Below are positions 49,696-59,886 of a stretch of DNA of 64,000 bases, piece by piece. The first letter of the stretch is position 1; every line of letters begins with the position of its first letter. The notes beneath the pieces were generated by a model that was not told where the DNA came from, ran no database searches, and saw only the letters and a program-made list of their open reading frames with translations. Location of the stretch: contig OY761159.2 in assembly GCA_963664395.2 (NCBI GenBank), forward strand, positions 2,656,001 to 2,720,000, in the 5' to 3' direction. This DNA is from Candidatus Binatia bacterium (GTDB lineage: Bacteria; Desulfobacterota; Binatia; Bin18). The position numbers and the translations under genes are program-made.

Positions 49696-52374
49696 ATGAC
49701 TATGGCCCATTTCGACCCCAACGCCCTTGAAGAAAAAGGCCAACGGCAGTTTCAGGCCGCGCTGGAGGGACTCCCCCCGCCGCAGTACGCAATTCTACTC
49801 AATGCGCTGACGCACATAGAACAGCCCGTTGTCCAGGTATGGTTGCAGGAAGAACTCCTCCAGGAATGGGTCCAGCAGGGCCGGCACGTGAGTGAAACGC
49901 TGGGCGCGCGTGGGGAAACGCTCGCCTCGGCCATGTTTGCGGCAACTCCTGAACTTTTGCCTGTATTCTCCCGGCTGGAGATGATCGAATGGGTCCGTTT
50001 TCTGCTGGATATTGAATCGGTCAACGGAGAAACCGATTTTGCGCGTTTCCCGGATGGCCTGACTGCCCTGGACCGCTCGGAACGGATCAGCGTCTATCGT
50101 CTGGGCCGGTCAGCCGTGTATCACTCGCGTGCTGCTGCCGCAGGCATTTACCACGCCTTACCCCACACACTGGTCAAGATAGCAGAGCCGCTGCGGAACG
50201 TGTTGCTGCGTTGCCTCCAACCGGTGGCTGCCTTTGATCCGGAACCGCTGCCGTCCGTGATTCCGTTTCTTGAGCCCACGCTGAATAATTTAGCGCCAGA
50301 CCGGCAGCTTTCCTTATTGGAGCGGATTGCCGAGCTCGCCCGTATCTTTCCTGCCGGGATTGCTCGCCTCTTTCGGACGCTGTCCCGCGCGTATGAAGAA
50401 GTTGGCGCCGAGGGGGTGTTGACCTGGATTCAAACTGGCGAAGAGATCGCGCAGCGCAATCCGCACGCTGCGGAAGCGTTTTTCACCTTGGAGTCCCGCA
50501 CCAGTTTCCAGGTCTTACGGTATGAGTCGCCGGCCGTGCTGCTCTCCGAAGTGCATAGTGCGTTGGTGAAGTTTATGCACATGCTGTGTGGGGAAGCGGT
50601 CAGTATCCAAGAAATCGGGGAGGTGTCCTTCCCACCCCCGTTGGCGATTGTTACAGAGGAAGATGAGTTCCTTCCGCTGCCGGCCAGCGTTGATTTGTTT
50701 CCGACTTTTGAGGAAAACTTTCGGCTGTATTGCATGTTCGCGGCCCACCAGGCGGGTCGGGTCGAATTTGGCACATATGATCTCTCTCTTCCCGCCATCT
50801 GGTCGCAGGTGCCGTCATTTGTGCAGGAACGGGCCAAGGCGAATGCTCACCCGCCTCAGGATCTGGCTTCGTATTGTAAGCTCTTTCCCAAGCCCGAACA
50901 GATTGAGGCCCTGTTTATGTTTGTCGAAGGCCAGCGGATTAGCGCCCGTCTGGCAGAGGCGTATCGTGGGCTGCAAAAAGATCTGGCCTGGGCGGCGTCG
51001 CACACCCGCATCCTTCCACCGCTTATTCAGGCGATCTTGCCGTACTTGAACGCAACGCTGAAACCCGGCTGGGAGCACGACGCGACTGTGGCCGGCTCCC
51101 TGCTCATGGCAACCGAGCTCTATGCTTCACTCCCCGAATACGCGGCGCAACTATCGAGGCAGCGAGCGGACGAAGACGCCATGGGCGGCACGCCGGACAA
51201 TATGATGAAAAAGGCGAGCGAGCCCGAGCTGTCCGAACGAGAGCAGGCCATCCTACAGCGGATTCTTTTGACTCTGCGCCAGCATCAAAAAAAGAAAAAG
51301 ATTCGCCAGACTCGGCCGACCTCAATCCACGGGATGCCACTGGATGCGCTGGACGCTGAGGACGACGAAGCCGAACAGGAAGCACACAAAAAGCAACAAC
51401 TGCGGCGGCGGCATTCTGTGGTGGGGGTGCGGTATGTATATGACGAGTGGGATTTTCTGATCGAGGATTACCGTGCCCGTTGGTGCGAACTCCACGAAGT
51501 CCCCTTAGTCGGCGATAAGGGCGGCTTCTTTGAGAGTACGCTCGCCCGCTACAGCGCGGTCATTCCAAACATCAAGCGTGAGTTCCAACAGTTGCGGCCC
51601 AAGATGTTCCGTTTGGTCAAGGGGCTGGAAGATGGAGAAGTGATAGACCTGGACGCGGCTGTTGCGGCTCGGGTCGATCTGCGCACCGGAGTTGCGCCGT
51701 CCACGCGACTGTACGCTGCCAGGCAGCCTCTGGAGCGCGATGTTGCCGCGCTCTTTCTCTTGGACCTGAGTGCTTCGACCGATGCCAGGATTCATAAGGA
51801 AACAGACAACGGACACAGCGAAACGGCTGGTTTGCGGGTGATTGACGTACTCAAAGAAGCGGTCGTCGTGCTGTCTGCCGCACTAGAGGAAATCGGCGAT
51901 GCGTACGCCGTCTACGGCTTTTCAAGCGCAGGCCGATATAACGTTGAGTTCTATCCGGTCAAAGCGTTTGGCGAAAAGCTGTCGGACGATGTCAAAGGGC
52001 GTATCAGCGGTTTGGAACCCAAGCGCAGTACGCGTATGGGAGCTGCCGTACGGCATGCGACCCGCAAATTCAAAGACGTTGCCAGCCGCGCCAAAATTCT
52101 CGTCCTCCTCAGCGATGGTTTCCCTGAAGACGCGGACTATGGCCGGGACGAAAATGCGCCGACGTATGGCCTGCGCGATACTATGATGGCCCTGCGCGAG
52201 GCCGAACGCGAGAACATTATGTCGTTCTGTCTGACGATTGATAAAGGCGGACATGATTATCTGCGTGAGATGTGTCCTCCGTCGCGGTACATGGTCCTGG
52301 AAGACATTCCGTCCCTGCCGTTAGAGCTGCCCAAGGTCTACCAACGCCATATTCGGATGCAATTGTCCGAGTAG
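49696..52374 (+). CDS. NorD/CbbO-like VWA domain protein
   Basis: YDEWD...DY..WC, DGE.IDLDA, MIDAS LLDLSAST, TRMGAAVRHA, LLSDGFP.D.DY. Confidence 0.85.
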   Translation: MTMAHFDPNALEEKGQRQFQAALEGLPPPQYAILLNALTHIEQPVVQVWLQEELLQEWVQQGRHVSETLGARGETLASAMFAATPELLPVFSRLEMIEWVRFLLDIESVNGETDFARFPDGLTALDRSERISVYRLGRSAVYHSRAAAAGIYHALPHTLVKIAEPLRNVLLRCLQPVAAFDPEPLPSVIPFLEPTLNNLAPDRQLSLLERIAELARIFPAGIARLFRTLSRAYEEVGAEGVLTWIQTGEEIAQRNPHAAEAFFTLESRTSFQVLRYESPAVLLSEVHSALVKFMHMLCGEAVSIQEIGEVSFPPPLAIVTEEDEFLPLPASVDLFPTFEENFRLYCMFAAHQAGRVEFGTYDLSLPAIWSQVPSFVQERAKANAHPPQDLASYCKLFPKPEQIEALFMFVEGQRISARLAEAYRGLQKDLAWAASHTRILPPLIQAILPYLNATLKPGWEHDATVAGSLLMATELYASLPEYAAQLSRQRADEDAMGGTPDNMMKKASEPELSEREQAILQRILLTLRQHQKKKKIRQTRPTSIHGMPLDALDAEDDEAEQEAHKKQQLRRRHSVVGVRYVYDEWDFLIEDYRARWCELHEVPLVGDKGGFFESTLARYSAVIPNIKREFQQLRPKMFRLVKGLEDGEVIDLDAAVAARVDLRTGVAPSTRLYAARQPLERDVAALFLLDLSASTDARIHKETDNGHSETAGLRVIDVLKEAVVVLSAALEEIGDAYAVYGFSSAGRYNVEFYPVKAFGEKLSDDVKGRISGLEPKRSTRMGAAVRHATRKFKDVASRAKILVLLSDGFPEDADYGRDENAPTYGLRDTMMALREAERENIMSFCLTIDKGGHDYLREMCPPSRYMVLEDIPSLPLELPKVYQRHIRMQLSE

Positions 52375-52589
52375 CACATACGCATGCCTCGCCGTTCCGT
52401 TTGCCCGCAGGCAAGGGAAAATACATGGCGTGTATGGAGAAAAGTGATTGGCAAGTTGGAGAAAACGGTCAAAAGATTCTTTCCCAAAGTCTTGTAACTT
52501 GTCAATTTTAGCCGTATGGGTCGAACAAGCTGCGGTTCAATCAAGCGGATCGCGGGCGAAAATCGTCAGTTCCTGTAAGGAGGGGCACT

Positions 52590-54284
52590 ATGCCGGAATA
52601 TGATCTGGTAATCAAAGACGGAATGATAATCGATGGCACGCGGCTACCGCGGTACAAAGGGGACATCGGGGTGAAAGACGGCAAGATTGCCAAGATAGGC
52701 CGTCTGCAAGCGCACCAAGGCACCAAGACGCTGGATGCGGCCGGGCACATGGTGGTGCCGGGCTTTATTGATCTGCATACCCACTACGACGCGCAACTGT
52801 TTTGGGACCCGTATCTGACGATTTCAGGCTGGCATGGCATCACCTCCGTGGTGATCGGCAACTGCGGGTTTGGCTTTGCGCCGGTGTCGCCCGAAGATCA
52901 AGAGCGGGCGATGCTCACGATGACCCGGACCGAAGCGATTCCGTACGATTCGATGAAGGCGGGGATGCCGTGGGATTGGGTGACATTCCCGGAGTTTCTG
53001 GACAGTGTCGAGCGTACGCCCAAGGGCTTGAATATTTTGCCGTATATGCCGATTGCACCCTTGATGGTGTGGGTGATGGGGCGCGAAGAGGCGAAGTCGG
53101 GCCGGATGCCGACGGACGATGAACACCGGGAGATGGTGCGGTTGCTGCATGAAGGCATGGACGCGGGTGGCTGTGGCTGGTCAGCCCAACGTTTTGGGGA
53201 AGACAGTGTCCAGTGTGATTATGACGGCACGCCCATGCCGACCGATATCATGCACAACGAGACCTGCCTGGAACTCGCCAAGGTTTTAGGCGATCGCAAC
53301 GAGGGCTTCATTCAGATGTCGCTCATCCCCAGTGTGGCGCCGATGGAAGTCATTGAAAGCCACTACGAAGAACTGGCCAAGGTGAGTGGTCGGCCGATTC
53401 TGTATAATGTCATTCAGGTCCAGGACGCCGATCCCAGCCGCCACCGGAATCTGTTAGCCTGGATCGAACGCTGCCGCCAAAAGGGCCTGCGCATCTACGG
53501 CCAGACGATCTCAACCGACGCCGGTTTTACCTTTACCTTTACCGACTGGAATTTGTGGGACGACGATCCGGCCTGGCGGGAAGCGACGCTGGGGACGGTG
53601 GAAGAACGGAAGTCGAAGTTAGCCGACCCGACCCGGCGCGCAAGCCTGAAGAACGACCCCACCGGGGCGGTCACCAGCTCGTTTGACGACGTTATTATTC
53701 TCGAAGTGAAGCGTGCAGACATGAAGCACCTGGAGAATCTGACCCTGCGCGAAGCGGGTGAGAAGGAAGGCAAGCATCCCGTGGATGCCATGCTTGACCT
53801 GGCCCTGGCCGATAACATGGAGACGACCTTCTATACCCCGTCCGTGGGCGAGAAGAATGAATATCTCCAGGAACTCGTCACTCCAGACTCCTCGCTGCTC
53901 GGGGTCTCGGATGGTGGGGCGCACACCAAGTTCTTCTGCGGCGGGCGCTATTCCACGGAAGCGATTACGCGCATAGTCCGTGACCTGAACATGATGAGCC
54001 TGGAAGAGGTCCATTGGCGGCTGAGTGCGATGCCGGCAGCCTGCGCGGGTTTTAAGGACCGCGGCGTGCTGCGGGAAGGCGCGCCGGCCGATATCGTGGT
54101 CTACGACTACGACAACCTGGAAACCTTACCGATGGAAGTGGCCCACGATCTGCCGGGTAAAGAATGGCGGCGAGTGCAAAAGGCCAAAGGCTACCGCGCG
54201 GTATTGGTGAACGGCGAGATGACGCTGGAGAACGACAAGAACACCGGCAACATTCCCGGCAAGCTGCTCCGGCACGGTGGCTAA
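52590..54284 (+). CDS. N-acyl-D-amino-acid deacylase family amidohydrolase, copy 1
   Basis: PGFIDLHTHYDAQ, GITSVVIGNCG, SDGGAH, ADIVVYD, PGKLLR. Confidence 0.9.
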   Translation: MPEYDLVIKDGMIIDGTRLPRYKGDIGVKDGKIAKIGRLQAHQGTKTLDAAGHMVVPGFIDLHTHYDAQLFWDPYLTISGWHGITSVVIGNCGFGFAPVSPEDQERAMLTMTRTEAIPYDSMKAGMPWDWVTFPEFLDSVERTPKGLNILPYMPIAPLMVWVMGREEAKSGRMPTDDEHREMVRLLHEGMDAGGCGWSAQRFGEDSVQCDYDGTPMPTDIMHNETCLELAKVLGDRNEGFIQMSLIPSVAPMEVIESHYEELAKVSGRPILYNVIQVQDADPSRHRNLLAWIERCRQKGLRIYGQTISTDAGFTFTFTDWNLWDDDPAWREATLGTVEERKSKLADPTRRASLKNDPTGAVTSSFDDVIILEVKRADMKHLENLTLREAGEKEGKHPVDAMLDLALADNMETTFYTPSVGEKNEYLQELVTPDSSLLGVSDGGAHTKFFCGGRYSTEAITRIVRDLNMMSLEEVHWRLSAMPAACAGFKDRGVLREGAPADIVVYDYDNLETLPMEVAHDLPGKEWRRVQKAKGYRAVLVNGEMTLENDKNTGNIPGKLLRHGG

Positions 54285-54337
54285 GATGAGGAAAGCCTAG
54301 GGCGCCAGTCCTAGTGCTTGCAGTTGGACAGATAGAG

Positions 54338-54367
54338 AAGGGCGCTGGCAGCAGCGCCCTTTTTTTG
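54338..54367 (+). terminator. Intrinsic terminator after copy 1
   Basis: AAGGGCGCTG-GCAG-CAGCGCCCTT plus T tract. Confidence 0.8.
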
Positions 54368-54525
54368 CGGACACTCTAAAGGGTAGTGTCAATCTACTGC
54401 CTCCTCCCAATACTTTCTGCGTAAAAGCCTTGCGATAAGCCGCTTTTAGCCGTATGTATTGAGGACGCTCTGATTCGACTCATCGAACTACGGGCGAAAA
54501 TCTAAGTTCTTGAAGGAGGGGTTTT

Positions 54526-56220
54526 ATGCCGGAATATGATCTGGTGATCAAAGACGGAATGATAATCGATGGGACGCGGCTGCCGCGGTACCGAGGAGAC
54601 ATCGGCGTCAAAGATGGCAAGATTGCCAAGATAGGCCGTCTGCAAGCGCACCAAGGCACCAAGACGCTGGATGCGGCCGGGCACATGGTGGTGCCGGGCT
54701 TTATTGATCTGCATACCCACTACGACGCGCAACTGTTTTGGGACCCGTATCTGACGATTTCAGGCTGGCATGGCATCACCTCCGTGGTGATCGGCAACTG
54801 CGGGTTTGGCTTTGCGCCGGTGCCGCCCGAAGATCAAGAACGGGCGATGCTCACGATGACCCGGACCGAAGCGATTCCGTACGATTCGATGAAGGCGGGG
54901 ATGCCGTGGGATTGGGTGACATTCCCGGAGTTTCTGGACAGTGTCGAGCGCACGCCCAAGGGCTTGAACATCCTGCCGTATATGCCGATTGCGCCCTTGA
55001 TGGTGTGGGTAATGGGTCGTGAGGGGGCGAAGTCGGGCCGGATGCCGACGGACGATGAACACCGGGAGATGGTGCGGCTGCTGCATGAAGGCATGGAAGC
55101 AGGTGGCTGTGGCTGGTCAGCCCAACGTTTTGGGGAAGACAGTGTGCAGTGTGACTATGACGGCACCCCCATGCCAACGGATATCATGCACCAGGAAACC
55201 TGCGTCGAACTTGCAAAAGTCTTAGCAGAACGGAATGAGGGCTTCATCCAGATGTCGCTCATCCCGAGTGTGGCCGGCTTTAATGAAATCGAGAAGAACT
55301 ATGAAGAGCTGGCTTTGGCCAGTGGTCGGCCGATTCTGTATAATGTCATTCAGGTCCAGGACGCCGATCCCAGCCGTCACCGGAATCTGTTAGCCTGGAT
55401 CGAACGCTGCCGCCAAAAGGGCCTGCGCATCTACGGCCAGACGATCTCAACCAGCGCTGGCTTTACCTTTACCTTTACCGACTGGAATTTGTGGGACGAC
55501 GATCCGGCCTGGCGGGAAGCGACGCTGGGGACGGTGGAAGAACGGAAGTCGAAGTTGGCCGACCCGACCCGTCGGGCGTCCTTAAAGAACGACCCCACCG
55601 GGGCGGTCACCAGCTCGTTTGACGACGTTATTATTCTCGAAGTGAAGCGTGCAGACATGAAGCACCTGGAGAATCTGACCTTACGGGAAGCGGGAGAGAA
55701 GGAAGGCAAGCATCCCGTGGATGCCATGCTTGATCTGGCGGTTGCTGACGATATGGCCACGACCTTCTATACGCCGTCCGTTGGTGAGAAGAATGAATAT
55801 CTCCAGGAACTCGTCACTCCAGACTCCTCGCTGCTGGGGGTCTCGGATGGTGGGGCGCACACCAAGTTCTTCTGCGGCGGGCGCTATTCCACGGAAGCGA
55901 TTACGCGCATAGTCCGTGACCTGAACATGATGAGCCTGGAAGAGGTCCACTGGCGGCTGAGTGCTCAGCCCGCCGCCTGTGCGGGCTTTAAGGACCGCGG
56001 CGTGCTGCGTGAGGGCGCGCCGGCCGATATCGTGGTCTACGACTACGACAACCTGGAAACCTTGCCGATGGAAGTGGCCCACGATCTGCCGGGTAAAGAA
56101 TGGCGCCGAGTGCAAAAGGCCAAAGGCTACCGGGCGGTCCTGGTGAACGGCGAGATGACGCTGGAGAACGACAAGAACACGGGCAACATCCCTGGCAAGC
56201 TGCTCCGGCACGGTGGCTAA
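54526..56220 (+). CDS. N-acyl-D-amino-acid deacylase family amidohydrolase, copy 2 (tandem paralogue)
   Basis: Same length (564 aa) and nearly identical to copy 1. Confidence 0.9.
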   Translation: MPEYDLVIKDGMIIDGTRLPRYRGDIGVKDGKIAKIGRLQAHQGTKTLDAAGHMVVPGFIDLHTHYDAQLFWDPYLTISGWHGITSVVIGNCGFGFAPVPPEDQERAMLTMTRTEAIPYDSMKAGMPWDWVTFPEFLDSVERTPKGLNILPYMPIAPLMVWVMGREGAKSGRMPTDDEHREMVRLLHEGMEAGGCGWSAQRFGEDSVQCDYDGTPMPTDIMHQETCVELAKVLAERNEGFIQMSLIPSVAGFNEIEKNYEELALASGRPILYNVIQVQDADPSRHRNLLAWIERCRQKGLRIYGQTISTSAGFTFTFTDWNLWDDDPAWREATLGTVEERKSKLADPTRRASLKNDPTGAVTSSFDDVIILEVKRADMKHLENLTLREAGEKEGKHPVDAMLDLAVADDMATTFYTPSVGEKNEYLQELVTPDSSLLGVSDGGAHTKFFCGGRYSTEAITRIVRDLNMMSLEEVHWRLSAQPAACAGFKDRGVLREGAPADIVVYDYDNLETLPMEVAHDLPGKEWRRVQKAKGYRAVLVNGEMTLENDKNTGNIPGKLLRHGG

Positions 56221-56277
56221 GAGAGAAAGACTCGGCCTCTCGGGGCTGTAGTCCTGTACGTGAGAACTGACAGATAG

Positions 56278-56308
56278 AGAAGGGCGCTTTACGGCGCCCT
56301 TCTTTTTT
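56278..56308 (+). terminator. Intrinsic terminator after copy 2
   Basis: AGAAGGGCGC-TTTACG-GCGCCCTTCT plus T tract. Confidence 0.8.
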
Positions 56309-56408
56309 GGGGACAGGGAGGGGCTGGAGACACGTAAACCTCCGGAGACATCTGCCCGTGTCCTCTGTTTGTCTTTACTGCATACCTGTTGCGTGAGGAG
56401 GCAGGTGG

Positions 56409-58121
56409 ATGGCTGAACCCCAAGGCGTGTTAGAGCACGACCTAAAACGTATTGATGGTCGTCCCTATGGGTTTTATAAAGACCTACGAGGACAATCGTA
56501 TGCGTTGGGACCGTATCGATTGAGCTTTGACCATATCCAGGCCGACCCCTTTGCGTCGCCCAGCCGTGTGCGGATCGATATTCCGGCCAGCCGGGCCAAA
56601 CTTCCCGTCTGGTCATGTGACGGGACTGTGGCACGCCGGGCGAGCGCCGACTGGGCGCATCGGGTCTTTCTCCGCAAACTCTCAGCCGTCCGCGGCAAAA
56701 GCGGCTCAGGTAAAAGCGGCCTGCTCGAAATCATGCCGGCGGGTCAACAAGTACTTGAGCGGACTGCCGTTCTCGTGCGTCCTGATGGTGCTCTTCGAGT
56801 GCGGCTGAGCGTAGGCCTTCCTGCCGCGGGCCGACGCATTCTCGGGCGTGAAGCGGCCCAACTGCTTACCCGTCGATTACCCGAAGTCCTTGATCGTGTC
56901 TTTGATGAATTAGACCCCGACGCTTTACAACGTCACGTTCACTGTGTCGAAGATCAAGTGACGCTGCGGAAACAACTGTACGACAACGGCCTGGTCGCTT
57001 TCTTGGCAGAAGGTAGTATTTTGCCCCGCCGGAGTGGAGCGGATGACCGACCCATGGATGCCGCGATTCCGCTCGACGTGCCTCAAGCGCTCGCGTATGA
57101 ACTCCACGCCCCCCATGCCGGTTTGCTGCGTGGCCTTGGTCTCCGGGCTGGGGTGACACTGATTGTCGGGGGTGGCTATCATGGCAAATCGACCCTGCTC
57201 TCGGCGCTGGCCAACGGTGTGTATGACTCTATTCCAGGTGATGGCCGAGACCAATGTGTTTCCGTAGCGAGCGCGGTGAGTATTCGAGCCGAAGACGGAC
57301 GTTCGGTGCGGGGGGCGGATCTGCGGCCGTTTATCAACTCTCTCCCCCTCGGGCGCCGGACGGACTGGTTCGATACCGATGATGCCTCCGGTAGTACTTC
57401 TCAAGCTGCGGCCATTGTTGAAGCGCTGGAAGCCGGGGCAACCGCGTTTCTGATTGACGAAGACACCGCAGCGACGAATTTCATGATACGCGACGCGCGC
57501 ATGCGTCGCCTCGTGCCGAGTGAAAAAGAACCTATTACTCCCTATCTCGATCGGGTACGTCAGTTGTGGGAAGAAAAACAGGTCTCGTCGGTCCTCGTTG
57601 TTGGGGGAGCTGGCGACTATCTCGATGTAGCTGACACGGTTATCCAGATGGATGAATACCGACCAAAAGATGTGACGCAGCGGGCGCGAGCAATTGTGCA
57701 CGAGTTGCAAGCCTCTCGTCCCCAAGCCCCAGGACCGTGGCGTGAATCACAACCGCGCCGGCCCGACCCACGTAGTCTCGACCCGAGCTGCGGACGAAAA
57801 CAAGAGCGCGTCCGCAGCGTCAAAACCCGTGCGATTGAGTTCGGGAGTGAAGAGATCGATGTTTCCCTCCTGTACCAACTGGTCGATGCCGCCCAATGCC
57901 GCATGATCGGAGATGTGTTGCTGCAATGCGCCCGCGGGCTGTGCGACGGGAAAAGAAGTATTCCTGAGCTGCTTGATCGGATTGATGCCGAGATCGAGCA
58001 AGACGGTCTGGACGCCCTCACAGACCGAGACTTCGGTGACCGTGCCCGTGCCCGGCGGTTCGAAATCGTAGCGGCGCTCAATCGGCTGCGGAGTGTACGG
58101 TTGGTGGGCGGAGTACAATAA
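56409..58121 (+). CDS. Predicted ABC-class ATPase (COG3044-like, non-transport)
   Basis: DHIQADPFASPSR, Walker A GGGYHGKST, ASGSTSQAA, LIDEDTAATNFMIRD. Confidence 0.85.
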   Translation: MAEPQGVLEHDLKRIDGRPYGFYKDLRGQSYALGPYRLSFDHIQADPFASPSRVRIDIPASRAKLPVWSCDGTVARRASADWAHRVFLRKLSAVRGKSGSGKSGLLEIMPAGQQVLERTAVLVRPDGALRVRLSVGLPAAGRRILGREAAQLLTRRLPEVLDRVFDELDPDALQRHVHCVEDQVTLRKQLYDNGLVAFLAEGSILPRRSGADDRPMDAAIPLDVPQALAYELHAPHAGLLRGLGLRAGVTLIVGGGYHGKSTLLSALANGVYDSIPGDGRDQCVSVASAVSIRAEDGRSVRGADLRPFINSLPLGRRTDWFDTDDASGSTSQAAAIVEALEAGATAFLIDEDTAATNFMIRDARMRRLVPSEKEPITPYLDRVRQLWEEKQVSSVLVVGGAGDYLDVADTVIQMDEYRPKDVTQRARAIVHELQASRPQAPGPWRESQPRRPDPRSLDPSCGRKQERVRSVKTRAIEFGSEEIDVSLLYQLVDAAQCRMIGDVLLQCARGLCDGKRSIPELLDRIDAEIEQDGLDALTDRDFGDRARARRFEIVAALNRLRSVRLVGGVQ

Positions 58122-58228
58122 CCATCAAATAGACTTCAGCCCGGAAGCGACTCCCTACGGAACGATAAAACTCTGTCTCTCCCGCCCCCATTCCGACTTG
58201 CTCCTGCTCCGGCTACACTCTCGCCCTC

Positions 58229-59707
58229 ATGCCTGCTTCCGCTCCGCCAAAATCAGCCACCGTCCGGTTTTCCACCAAACTCTTCTACGGTATCGGGTCA
58301 GTTTCCGAAGGCACGAAAAATACGGTCTTCAACGTTTTTCTCCTCTTTTACTACAATCAGGTCCTCGGCCTGTCCGGGACGTTGAGCGGGAGTGCCATCT
58401 TCATAGCCCTGTGCGTAGACGCGATCACCGACCCCTTGGTTGGTTCGATTTCCGACAACTTTCATTCACGCTGGGGACGGCGACATCCGTTTATGTATAT
58501 GGCCGCCCTGCCTATGGCTGTGTGTTTTTTCCTCTTGTTTAACCCGCCAGAGCTGAGTCAGACCGGACTTTTTGTGTGGTTATGTACGTTTGCCATGGGG
58601 GTGCGTGTCGCGATGACGTTCTATGCGGTCCCGAGCGGAGCCATGCTCCCGGAGCTCTCGTCCGACTATGATGAGCGTACTTCTCTGGTGAGCTATCGGC
58701 TGTTGTTTGGCTGGCTCGGCGGCCTGACTGCCTCTGTTTTGGGCTATTTTTATTTCTTCGCTCCTTCCGAGGCGTTTGCTGATGGCCGCCTGAATCCTGG
58801 GGCGTATGAAACGTTTGCGTTTGTCTGCGCCGGGATGATTCTCACGACAATTTTGGCGTGTGCGCTTGGGACACATGGGCTTATTCCGAGTCTGAGGGCT
58901 CCACCGGCAAAACAGCAGCTAACGCTGCGTCGATTTGCCGGCGAGCTGCGTGAGGCATTCTCCAATCGTTCCTATCGGATGCTTGTCATTGGCTCTTTGT
59001 TTGCCGCCGGGGCGCGGGGGTTTAACGACGTGGTATGGCTGTATATGAACACCTACTTCTGGGGATTCTCAACCCATGAAATCGGCCTCTTGACCTTTGG
59101 CCTCTTTTTCTCTGCCCTCATTGCCTTTTTCCTGACACGGCCCTTGACTGAGCGGTTTGATAAAAGACAGGCGATTCTTGGTTTAGCCGCCTTTGCTATC
59201 TTTTTTGGGCCTGCGCTGATTTTTTTGCGCCTCTTCGGTCTGCTCCCTGAAAACGGCCATCCAAGTCTGCTGCCCCTTATCGCCGGCCATGTCATCCTCC
59301 TTGTGACTGCCGTGGTTGCCATCGATATCCTGATTCCTTCCATGATTGCGGATAGCGTGGATGAAAATGAAATGGCGACCGGAAAACGCCGCGAGGGTAT
59401 CTTTTTTTCAACTATCACATTTTGTGCGAAGGCAGCGTCCGGAATAGGAGGCTTGCTGGCAGGAGTGGCCCTCGACCTCATCCAGTTCCCGACTCTGGCA
59501 GAACCAGGCACAGTTGCGGCCTCTCAGGTCTTCACCTTGGGTCTTGCAGTTGGTCCGGGTTTAATGGTGCTCTTTCTCTGTGCGCTGGTCTTTTTATCCC
59601 GGTATCAAATGACCCGTGCCCGTTATCTTGAGATCCTGACCGAACTGGATCGCCGCCAGAAAGATACTGCGCAGTGTGAACCGGGAGTTGCTTCTGAAGG
59701 CGGTTAA
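58229..59707 (+). CDS. MFS transporter, GPH/MelB-like
   Basis: DAITDPLVG.ISD...SRWGRRHPF, ELSSDYDERT, SMIAD.VDE.E..TG.RREG. Confidence 0.88.
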   Translation: MPASAPPKSATVRFSTKLFYGIGSVSEGTKNTVFNVFLLFYYNQVLGLSGTLSGSAIFIALCVDAITDPLVGSISDNFHSRWGRRHPFMYMAALPMAVCFFLLFNPPELSQTGLFVWLCTFAMGVRVAMTFYAVPSGAMLPELSSDYDERTSLVSYRLLFGWLGGLTASVLGYFYFFAPSEAFADGRLNPGAYETFAFVCAGMILTTILACALGTHGLIPSLRAPPAKQQLTLRRFAGELREAFSNRSYRMLVIGSLFAAGARGFNDVVWLYMNTYFWGFSTHEIGLLTFGLFFSALIAFFLTRPLTERFDKRQAILGLAAFAIFFGPALIFLRLFGLLPENGHPSLLPLIAGHVILLVTAVVAIDILIPSMIADSVDENEMATGKRREGIFFSTITFCAKAASGIGGLLAGVALDLIQFPTLAEPGTVAASQVFTLGLAVGPGLMVLFLCALVFLSRYQMTRARYLEILTELDRRQKDTAQCEPGVASEGG

Positions 59708-59886
59708 GGCAGGCTGCCTCACGGCTATATTTTCAGCCTCTGTTTTCTTTCCTTTTCTCTTGCATTTCTCCCTCAAAGGAGCCACAAAGAGAAAAAATAC
59801 AGGAGCGCCTCTCGCCTTTGCTGAGAGGGAGAAGCGATGGGATACCTCAACGTACACGCACTGACCCATTTGGAAGGAGGGCTGAT

